Positions 28,679 through 36,869 of a stretch of DNA of 64,000 nucleotides are shown here, piece after piece; position 1 is the stretch's first letter; each line of letters starts with the position of its first letter. Made by a program: the position numbers and the translations under genes. Origin of the DNA: Vulcanimicrobiota bacterium (GTDB lineage Bacteria; Vulcanimicrobiota; CADAWZ01; Ess09-12); assembly GCA_031082125.1 (NCBI GenBank), contig JAVHLM010000007.1:102669-166668 (forward strand), in the 5' to 3' direction. A model generated the notes under the pieces. That model saw only the letters and a list, made by a program, of their open reading frames with translations, was not told where the DNA came from and searched no databases.

Positions 28679-29804
28679 ATGAATAATTATAGCACACTCT
28701 ATGTCGGGTTGGATGTCCATAAGGAAACGATTGTTGCGGCATGCATATCTGGAGCAACTGGTGAAATTGTTGGCGGGGAAAAGTTTTCGAATGACTTGAA
28801 AAAACTCAAGAACTATCTTAAGCAACTGGAAAGAAAATTGAATGGAAAAGTCTTGGCGTGTTATGAAGCTGGTTGCATGGGGTATGCTCTCCAGAGAGAA
28901 ATTGAGCGTTGGGGTCACACCTGTAAGATTTTAGCACCTGCAATGATTCCTCAACGACCAGGAGATCGCTGTAAAACCGACAGGCGCGATGCTGAAAAGC
29001 TGGCAAATCTCTGCTTCTCTGATCAGCTTACGTTCATCGCGATTCCTGATGAAAAAGATGAGCCTGTGAGGGATCTGCTCAGATACAGAGATGTGTTGCG
29101 AAAAGAAATATTGCAATCAAAGCATTATGTATTGAAATTTCTCCTGCGAAAAGGTTTCGGTATACATCAGGTAAAGCCCATCGGACAAGATGTCACTGGG
29201 AGTGGCTCCGCTCCATTCGTTTTGATTACTCTCTCGATCGTGAGCTCTTCCAGGAATACCTCGTGCTTTTGGAGTTCAAACTCCAGCGTCAGAATGAAAT
29301 TGACCGGCGGATTGAAGAAGTATCAAGAACACCCAGGTACTCAGAAAAAGTGAGGTATCTATCTGCCTATCGAGGCATTGATATCTATTCTGCCATGGTT
29401 TTGCTTCTGGAAACAGGTGACTTTAATAGATTTCCAAAAGCAATGAACTACATGAGTTTTCTTGGTCTGGTGCCTTCTGAGTATTCATCGGGTGGTATTG
29501 AAAAACGCGGTCATATTACAAAAACAGGGAATTCTCACTGTCGTCATGTATTAGTCCAGGCAGCCTGGCATTATTCGAGACCTGTTAGGATTGAGAATAT
29601 TGTGAGTAAGCTCTCTGGGATGCCGCCCTGGTTAGTTCTCAAGTAATCCAGGCACAGGAAAGACTTTGCCGAAAATACTGGAAATTGGCGCGACAAAAAA
29701 GTCCTCGAATTGCTGTGATAGCAGTGGCTCGCGAACTGGCCGGTTTTATCTGGGCAATGATGAAGAAACTTCAAGAGGAAAAGGCTCACAAGTTAGCAGC
29801 ATAA
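28679..29804 (+). pseudogene. IS110 transposase/recombinase with two single-base frameshifts
   Basis: GLDVHK, YEAG, KTDRRD (DEDD) and LGLVPSEYSSGG. Reading continues after shifts near 29159 and 29642 to ...IAVIAVARELAGFIWAM...LAA* at 29804. Confidence 0.88.
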
Positions 29805-29825
29805 GTCATAATCCTAAATTATATG

Positions 29826-30002
29826 TTTGGGGGATGGCACGGTACGAAAGCAGGAACCTCGAGAACGTTATGTGACAGTCATTGAACTGATTCACGCGGA
29901 TAGTTTCAAGGTTCCTCGACGAACGTGGTAAAATGCGGCAACATCGTTGACCCGCGCATATCAGAGTGATTCATCGTCGAAGCATCCGTGCCGTCTCCCA
30001 AA
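29826..30002 (+). ncRNA. Bridge/seek RNA of the IS1111-type element
   Basis: 17-bp closing stem (29826-29842/29986-30002) encloses two hairpins with internal loops. The loop sequences match the target flanks (GAACG, GATAG) and the element ends (GTAA, CATATCAG). Confidence 0.8.
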
Positions 30003-30037
30003 TAAAAAACAAGAGGTGTTATCTATGTAGAAAAAGA

Positions 30038-30139
30038 TTGTGGATACTGCCGTTCTGTGCATAACTTATGGACAGCAAGCTGCCCACAAGTTATACTCAT
30101 CACTTGACCAAGTCTTCGACCTGCTCACAGTATCCACAA
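30038..30139. repeat. Palindromic module with DnaA-box-like 9-mers inside the IS right end
   Basis: Perfect 12-bp inverted repeat TTGTGGATACTG / CAGTATCCACAA; TGTGCATAA at 30056-30064. Confidence 0.6.
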
Positions 30140-30711
30140 CGTGAGTGCAAATATTTATAAAATGAGAGAAAAAGCGAAGAGTTCCTGGGACGCTTTTTGT
30201 GCCTCTTGACAAGGCCCATCCATATCAGCGTTCGCCTTTCACATGCAGACCCACCCCTCCTGCTCGGATTTTTCTTTATGCACCAATAATTTTGCTGCGT
30301 TCCCCTTCTCTTTTATGAATTCACAGGAAAGACAGCAGGAGGACAGGGGACATTCTCCTCTTCAGCAAACGTTTGATTCTGTCCCTATGGGTGCACAGGA
30401 ACACAGACAGAATCTGTTTGCCCGGGAGAATTCCCCTGGCCTCTCTCTACAGCGCCTGCCTGGTGTGATGCAAGTGGCAACAAGATAACCAGGTAGTATC
30501 AATGAGGAAAATATTCTTCGATTGCAGCGGACTTGGTGACTGCCTGCAAATTCCGAACGCTGTCAGTGAAATATGACAAGAAAGTGTATCTCGGGATTAA
30601 CGATCTATTTACCTTTTGTTCACATATCGGAAATATAATTCTGGTAAAATATGATCAGTGACTGATGATAACAATAAATAGTAGAGAAAAATCTCGAAGG
30701 AGGTAAAGGAT

Positions 30712-31419
30712 ATGATAGGCGGAGTAGGCGGCGGTGGCTCATCAAGCGTTATGACAATGGCCCAGATGCAGCAGGCTGATATGCAGCTGATGGAGCAGAG
30801 GGCACTCGAGCTGCAGGGAAAGAAGCCCAAGGAGACGGGATATCCTGATCCTTATGCTCCTCTCAAGAATGACCTTGCGGAGGGCGCCGATGAAATTGCG
30901 GGCCGGCACCGGAGCATTGAGGGGGACCGGCAGCAGTCGCGCTATGAATATGCAGTGGGCGAGCATGGGCTCGGCAGTGAAGTGGTGAACCAGAGCTGGA
31001 ACAATTTCAGGGAGAATGTGGGTAATACCGCGACAGTGCTATCGACTGGCGCAAAAGCAGCTTTCGATGTAGGAGTTGCAGCCCCGGCAATAGGCCTTGT
31101 CAACGCAGGACACGCGACAGTGGACGGTGCGGCAGATACTGTCAACCATTCGGTGGGGCATGTGAAAGAAGGCGGCCAGGAAATAGCCCAGCGCCATAGA
31201 AACGCCGACATGGATCGTACTGAATCACGGCAGGAATATGCAAAGGGAGAACACGGCCTGGCATCGGAGCTTATCGGGCAGGGATGGATCAACTTCAAGG
31301 AAAATGTGGGGAACACAGGGACGGCCCTCAAGACAGGCGCCCACCTGGGGATTGATGCGGCCACGGCTCCCGCGAGATTTCTCTGGAATACGGCGACACA
31401 TTTAGTCAACGGGAGATAA
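30712..31419 (+). CDS. Hypothetical protein with two tandem ~96-aa-offset repeats
   Basis: RBS AAGGAGG; EG..EIA.RHR...DR..SR.EYA.GEHGL.SE...Q.W.NF.ENVGNT occurs twice. Confidence 0.8.
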   Translation: MIGGVGGGGSSSVMTMAQMQQADMQLMEQRALELQGKKPKETGYPDPYAPLKNDLAEGADEIAGRHRSIEGDRQQSRYEYAVGEHGLGSEVVNQSWNNFRENVGNTATVLSTGAKAAFDVGVAAPAIGLVNAGHATVDGAADTVNHSVGHVKEGGQEIAQRHRNADMDRTESRQEYAKGEHGLASELIGQGWINFKENVGNTGTALKTGAHLGIDAATAPARFLWNTATHLVNGR

Positions 31420-31548
31420 GAGGGGGGGCAGGAAACCGCTCGATGGCAGGAAAACGAGAGAGACTCTTAAAATAAGCATGGGAATGTGAGGGATGAGGCA
31501 CAGGCTGCCTCTCACTTTTTTATGCCGACGCAGTTTAAGTGACAAGGA

Positions 31549-32061
31549 GTGGTGGCCATGATTTGCCTTAAGTGCGGCAGAACTTATCCGCTCGATGAGA
31601 AGCTTTGCAGTGAATGTAATTTCAAGCTCCAGGGCGAGGAGCGTGAAGGGAAGTCCTTCGGAGCTCATTTTATGCAGTTCGTGCGCTCCAGCGAGGAGAT
31701 GGCAAACCAGGAAATCTCCCCCGATGTGTATCTCAGGGTCATTGATAATATGCTCTCAGTACTGGGTGCAATTGAGGCCGGTATCAAGGAAGATGCCGGA
31801 TCCACCGGGCTCTATGAGGTGCCTGCTGAAGTGGGCAGGGTGGTGGAACAGCCCGTGGCGAATGCGGAAAAGGGGGTAATGCTCTACCGGCAGGTCCTGG
31901 GTAAATTGAAAAAAAACCTGGAGAACCTCGATGCCGAGTTTATAAAGAAAAGCCTCGTGCAGGCGGAGCGGGCCCATGGATATCTCCTGCTTGCCGAGCA
32001 AATGGCAGAATACGGAGCGGCGGAGCTTGAGAAAGCCACACACAAAGCCACCGGAAAATAG
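31549..32061 (+). CDS. Hypothetical protein with N-terminal zinc ribbon and helical C-terminus
   Basis: CLKC...CSEC; RBS AAGGAG (start GTG 31549 or ATG 31558). Confidence 0.7.
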   Translation: MVAMICLKCGRTYPLDEKLCSECNFKLQGEEREGKSFGAHFMQFVRSSEEMANQEISPDVYLRVIDNMLSVLGAIEAGIKEDAGSTGLYEVPAEVGRVVEQPVANAEKGVMLYRQVLGKLKKNLENLDAEFIKKSLVQAERAHGYLLLAEQMAEYGAAELEKATHKATGK

Positions 32062-32165
32062 GAACAGTATGCTGGTTCCCTGCAGAGCCGGCCTCATTTC
32101 GGCATGGGGAGGGATTGGCCGATGTTCCGGCGAACCGATGCTGGAAAAGATGACAGGGTGTTGCA

Positions 32166-34169
32166 ATGAGCCAGCCAGAATCTCAGACAGGGACTCCCTT
32201 AATAGCAAATGATTCCGCTCGCCTCTTTCTGATTAGCTTCCTTGTGCTCTTCTTCGAGCTTGTCTGCATCAGATGGATCCCCGCTTATATAAGATACCTG
32301 AGTTATTTTTCCAACTTTGTGCTGCTCTCATGTTTCCTGGGAATGGGAGTCGGCCTTCTTGCGGCGAAAAAAAAATGGCAGCTTTTCTCTCTTTTCCCGC
32401 ACACGCTCCTCAGCTTCATTATACTTGTCTCCTTCATGAAATATGATTTCATGCTTACTTCGAACGATGCCCTTTATTTTCAGCACCATGCAAAGGAATA
32501 TAAGCAGGTTGAAAGTTATTACCTGCTGCCTTTCGTATTCGTATCTGTCACCTTTATGATGGCAATGCTCAGCCAGGAAATGGGACAGCTCTTCGGCCGG
32601 TTCAGGCCTCTTAAGGCATACGCTCTGAATATCGGCGCAAGCCTGGCCGGAATAGCCATTTTTTCAATCTTAAGTTACTTTCTCGCTTCGCCGCTCTTAT
32701 GGTTCCTTATTATCTCTGTTATCGTGCTGCTGCTTGAACGGGGAAAGCCCTTGAAAATCCTCTTTACTTTATCTGCTCTCAGCCTGATCTGCATCAGCGT
32801 CTTCTGCCTCCAGAAAGAAAGCATCTGGAGCCCTTATTACAAGATTACCATGCGTGAACTTGCCGACGGGGGAAAAGAATTGAATGTAAATAACATCGGG
32901 CACCAGACAATGCAGAGGATAGAAAGCAAGGAGGCCTTTTACCACATTCCTTATACCTCATACAATAATAACCATTTCAAGAGGGCCCTGATCATCGGGG
33001 CAGGCAGCGGAACGGACACCTCCTTTGCGCTGAAGTATGGAGTCGAGCAGGTCACCGCTGTCGAGATTGATCCGGTCATTTACATGCTGGGATATCATTT
33101 TCATCCCCTGCAGCCGTATTCTGATTCAAGAACTGAGGTCAGAATATGTGATGCGCGGACATTCCTCAAAAATGATAAGTCCCTGTATGATCTGATAATC
33201 TTTGCCCTCCCCGATTCGCTGACGCTCACCTCATCATTCGCGAATCTGAGGCTTGAGAGCTATCTCTTCACTGTCGAGTCCCTGGCGAGCGCGAAGGAGC
33301 GCCTGGCACCCGGAGGGCTTATGGTGTTATACAATTATTACAGAGAAGACTGGCTTATCGACAAGCTGGCGGGCATGCTCAGGGAAGTCTTCGGGTATGC
33401 GCCCAAGGTCCAGGTCTTTGAAAGCAAGGAAGCCGTTTTCATGGCAGGCGATAAGATCAAGGATCTGAAATCGCCGATACCTGATAAAAAGATGGATTCA
33501 TCCTTGAAGCTTGCCACCGACGACTGGCCCTTCATCTATATGAAGAGGGCAGCCATTCCCCCGATATTCATCTTCTCTCTGTTGATGATTGCAGCATTCG
33601 GTGTCGGTATGGTGCTGCTGGCCTCTCCACCGGGGACCCTGCGGGGCTTCAGCGGCCATTTCTTCTTTCTGGGCGCGGCCTTCATGCTTCTGGAGACTAT
33701 GAACGTGGTGCGGTTCTCTCTCATCTTCGGAAGCACCTGGATGGTGAATTCCCTCGTGTTCTTCGCCGTTCTCGCGATGGTACTGCTGGCCATCTGGGTA
33801 TCGGAAAGATTCAGGATCGAGAGAATGTGGCTGCTCTATGCCGTCCTCTTCGGAATTCTGCTGCTCAATTATCTTCTGCCCCTCGAGAGCCTCCTCAGCG
33901 GAAACCCTGTGCTTCGCTATATTCTCTCGAGCCTGATGCTTTTCTCTCCTATTTTCTTTGCGAATCTCATCTTCACTTCCACCTTCAGGGAAGAGACGGG
34001 GACCGCTGTGGTAGCCCTTGCCTCCAACATCCTGGGCTCTTTCTTCGGCGGAATGTTTGAATACACATCCCTGGTGCTCGGGTACAGGAACCTGGTAATC
34101 TTCGTGGCAGTGTTTTACGCGGCAAGCTTCCTTTTCCTGCACCTGGCGGCGAAGAGCAAAAGCCATTGA
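32166..34169 (+). CDS. Membrane-bound spermidine-synthase-like SAM-dependent transferase
   Basis: TM clusters flank a core with LIIGAGSGTD, AVEIDP, DARTFL, YDLIIF and TDDWPF. Confidence 0.85.
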   Translation: MSQPESQTGTPLIANDSARLFLISFLVLFFELVCIRWIPAYIRYLSYFSNFVLLSCFLGMGVGLLAAKKKWQLFSLFPHTLLSFIILVSFMKYDFMLTSNDALYFQHHAKEYKQVESYYLLPFVFVSVTFMMAMLSQEMGQLFGRFRPLKAYALNIGASLAGIAIFSILSYFLASPLLWFLIISVIVLLLERGKPLKILFTLSALSLICISVFCLQKESIWSPYYKITMRELADGGKELNVNNIGHQTMQRIESKEAFYHIPYTSYNNNHFKRALIIGAGSGTDTSFALKYGVEQVTAVEIDPVIYMLGYHFHPLQPYSDSRTEVRICDARTFLKNDKSLYDLIIFALPDSLTLTSSFANLRLESYLFTVESLASAKERLAPGGLMVLYNYYREDWLIDKLAGMLREVFGYAPKVQVFESKEAVFMAGDKIKDLKSPIPDKKMDSSLKLATDDWPFIYMKRAAIPPIFIFSLLMIAAFGVGMVLLASPPGTLRGFSGHFFFLGAAFMLLETMNVVRFSLIFGSTWMVNSLVFFAVLAMVLLAIWVSERFRIERMWLLYAVLFGILLLNYLLPLESLLSGNPVLRYILSSLMLFSPIFFANLIFTSTFREETGTAVVALASNILGSFFGGMFEYTSLVLGYRNLVIFVAVFYAASFLFLHLAAKSKSH

Positions 34170-34288
34170 GAAGCGGGCTCCTGAATAGCAGGAGGATCGC
34201 CGGGAGAATGAAATGGATCTTTTCCCGGGGAGCCGGGTATGGTATCATAGGGAGAGAAGTTATCCTGGCGACACAAGGAGCGGCCGGA

Positions 34289-35269
34289 ATGCAAAAATCA
34301 GATTCCAATGCGTCGAAGCTCACCGAGTACTTTTATGCCCTCACGCCTGACCGTATCCTCGAGGCGTTCTCTTCCGCGGGTATAAACTGCCAGCCTGCCG
34401 TCAGTTTTCTGAACTCCCTCGAGAACCGCGTGGCTTCTGTCGTGGACGAAGAGGGAGAGCGATGGGTCGCGAAGTTCTATCGGCCGCAGCGTCATTCCCG
34501 AGACGCGTTGCTGGAAGAGCATCTCTTCCTGAAAGATCTCCACGATGAGGGACTTCCCGTCATACCCCCGCTCCCGCTTACGCAGGGCGGGTCAGGCACG
34601 CTGGGCTCCACGGCGGGAATCTACTTTGCGGTCTTTCCCCACCACAGGGGCTCCCCGCCCGATGAACTTGACGCCGGCAAGATCGCTCTGCTGGGGGAAC
34701 TCATCGCCCGCATTCATACTGTCGGTTTCCGCCGCTCCTCCCCTCAACGTCACGTATGGAACCCCGACACCCTCGGCAATGCCGATCTTGCGGTACTTGC
34801 CCGTGCCGTGCCTCCCGATATCTGGAGCCGATACGAGCGGTCAGCGCGAAAACTCATGGACTGGCTTTCGCCGCGTATCGCGGGCACGCCCGGGGGGCGC
34901 ATCCACGGAGACTTTCACCGGGGGAACCTGCTCTGGTGTGCCACAGGGCCCCTCGTCGTCGATTTTGACGATATGACCATGGGGCCCCCTGTCCAGGACT
35001 TCTGGATGATGGTGCCCGGCCGCGATGCCGAGGCGCTTGCGCTGCGAGAGGCACTGGTGCAGGCTTACGAAAAGCAGCGCCCCTTCGACAGGCAGAGCCT
35101 GGAGCTGGTGGAACCGCTGAGGGCCTTTCGCTACATCCGCTATGCCGCCTGGCTCGCTGCGCGCCAGAAGGATCCGGCATTCGTCCGTGTCCTCCATGAC
35201 TTCGGTTCGCGGTCTTACTGGAGAGAGGAGCTCGAGGAGCTCGAAGCCCAGCTCGAGCTTTTCATGTAG
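34289..35269 (+). CDS. srkA: Stress response kinase A (RdoA/YihE, APH-like)
   Basis: LNSLENRV, VAKFYRP, EEHLFL, IHGDFHRGN, DFDD, GPPVQDFWM. Start at ATG 34289 after AAGGAG; the ORF track start is 34166. Confidence 0.88.
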   Translation: MQKSDSNASKLTEYFYALTPDRILEAFSSAGINCQPAVSFLNSLENRVASVVDEEGERWVAKFYRPQRHSRDALLEEHLFLKDLHDEGLPVIPPLPLTQGGSGTLGSTAGIYFAVFPHHRGSPPDELDAGKIALLGELIARIHTVGFRRSSPQRHVWNPDTLGNADLAVLARAVPPDIWSRYERSARKLMDWLSPRIAGTPGGRIHGDFHRGNLLWCATGPLVVDFDDMTMGPPVQDFWMMVPGRDAEALALREALVQAYEKQRPFDRQSLELVEPLRAFRYIRYAAWLAARQKDPAFVRVLHDFGSRSYWREELEELEAQLELFM

Positions 35270-35342
35270 CCAGCGGACCTTTTCTTGAGCTTTTTTCCGA
35301 TTTAAGGTAAAATAGAGCTGTATCTCGTGATATCATCCATGA

Positions 35343-36785
35343 ATGAATACCCTGTGTGAAAGTGGGATGTCAATGGACTCTCTGCAGAATCCTTCAGCCC
35401 TCTCCGCAAGCCGGAGCGGCAGAGCCATTGCCGGCCGGTGCCTGAAACAGGAAAGGGCCCTTGATGAGAAGAAGGGAAGCCAGAGGCGGGAGCTCCTTGA
35501 GGATGGCTTCAAGGCCGTCTCGGAGAGCAGCGAGACCACTATCGACGAGAAGATAATCGCTGCCATGGCCTTGCGGCTCCAGAAGAAACTGCCGGACGAC
35601 AGGCTTGCCGTTGCCGTTTCCCATGTCTTCATGGATGCACTTTCCGCCTCACTTCCCGGTGCTCCAGGCGCTTCGCTCACTGCCGCCATTGCAGATACCG
35701 CCTATAATGCCTTTCTCTCTGCGGGACCCAGCAAATACAAACAGGACAAAAGGCCTGAAATTCTCAAGGACGGCTTTGAGACGCTCCAGATGAATTCCGC
35801 GTCAAAAAAGGAGAGGGCAATGGCGGAGTTCGGCCGGGCCATGCTGAAAGAAAAGCACCTCATTGAAGCCTTTTATGTCATGGGAGCCATGTCGCAGCCC
35901 CTGCCGTTACCCTGTGCGGTCCATATCGCCCGGGCAGTCCTTCGCACCACTGCCGTCCCCGTTCAGCAGATAAGCGACTGGAGCAGGACGGCCGGGGTCC
36001 TCAAGGAGACCTTTGAAGCGATCAGCACAAGCCCCGGCATTTCCCGGGAGGAGCATGAGCTGGCCGCCCTCGGCGCCGTGATAGCGGGGGAATGCAGCCC
36101 GGGCAGGGAAAGCGGCGCATGCGCGAATTCCCTGCTGGAATGCATCGGCACTCCCTTCCAGGGGAAAGTGAGCGCCGTGATCGCGCAGTCCGCTTTAAAA
36201 TCATACCCCGATGTGTTTCTCAACGAGATGAACGCCGTGGGCGAGGTGGTGACGCGCTCCTTTACGGCAATCAAGGAGAGCCCCGGCGCATCTGAAGGGG
36301 AAAAGGGACTTGCGGCACTCGGGCTTTCGGCAATGGATGCCGCTTCTGACAGACATCCGGCCCTCATATTTTCAAAGACGGTGCTTGCTTCACTTGCCTC
36401 ATCAACGGGCGAGCCCCGGGATCAGACTGCCGCCAGGGCGGCCCTGATGACCACCTCGACAGGAGGCGGGGCAGGGGAGAAGATCACGCTGTTTGGCATG
36501 GCTTTCCGGTCTATTCTCTCCTACCCTTCAGTCACCGGAGAAAAGAGAAAGATCGCAGAGGAGATAGTGGGCGCGGCGGAGCATTTCAAGGACCCCGGGC
36601 TTACCTTCAAGGTGATGTGCCAGCTCGCAGAGGTCTATGTGGGGAGAAAAGTGAAGAACCCCCTGGGCGAGGTGAAGGCCATGCTGGAAAGAGCAGGACA
36701 GTCGGAGCCCCGGGGAAAAGGCTCCCTGATAGTGGAGGACGAAGTGCTCTCCATCAGGGGGGTCAGGCTGAAACGAAGAAAATAA
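35343..36785 (+). CDS. Hypothetical Ala-rich helical-repeat protein
   Basis: 480-aa ORF with about five imperfect L..(G)F..I...P..S..E+.LA repeats. Confidence 0.7.
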   Translation: MNTLCESGMSMDSLQNPSALSASRSGRAIAGRCLKQERALDEKKGSQRRELLEDGFKAVSESSETTIDEKIIAAMALRLQKKLPDDRLAVAVSHVFMDALSASLPGAPGASLTAAIADTAYNAFLSAGPSKYKQDKRPEILKDGFETLQMNSASKKERAMAEFGRAMLKEKHLIEAFYVMGAMSQPLPLPCAVHIARAVLRTTAVPVQQISDWSRTAGVLKETFEAISTSPGISREEHELAALGAVIAGECSPGRESGACANSLLECIGTPFQGKVSAVIAQSALKSYPDVFLNEMNAVGEVVTRSFTAIKESPGASEGEKGLAALGLSAMDAASDRHPALIFSKTVLASLASSTGEPRDQTAARAALMTTSTGGGAGEKITLFGMAFRSILSYPSVTGEKRKIAEEIVGAAEHFKDPGLTFKVMCQLAEVYVGRKVKNPLGEVKAMLERAGQSEPRGKGSLIVEDEVLSIRGVRLKRRK

Positions 36786-36869
36786 GGCACCATCTGTCAC
36801 AGGGGAATGAGAGGGGATCGGGCTTCCCGGGAGAGGAACTTGCAGGTCCCGCTGAGAAAGTTCCCCTTC

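Larger units (their letters stand above)
28518..30228 (+). mobile_element. IS110-family, IS1111-subgroup insertion sequence
   Basis: Sub-terminal inverted repeats ATGGATGGGC (28525-28534) and GCCCATCCAT (30214-30223), 7 nt from the left boundary (counting the AG core) and 3 nt from the right-hand core. AG core at 28518-28519 and 30227-30228. DEDD transposase; long 3' non-coding end. Confidence 0.88.

Noticed and set aside
30243-30488. 81-aa ORF right of the IS
   Set aside because: No RBS, no motif and atypical composition; probably intergenic.
30645-30671. Sigma28-like TAAA-N15-GATGATAA upstream of the 30712 gene
   Set aside because: Only 6 of 8 match at the -10 box in an AT-rich region, and competing sigma70-like -10 boxes (TATAAT 30634, TAAAAT 30645) are present.
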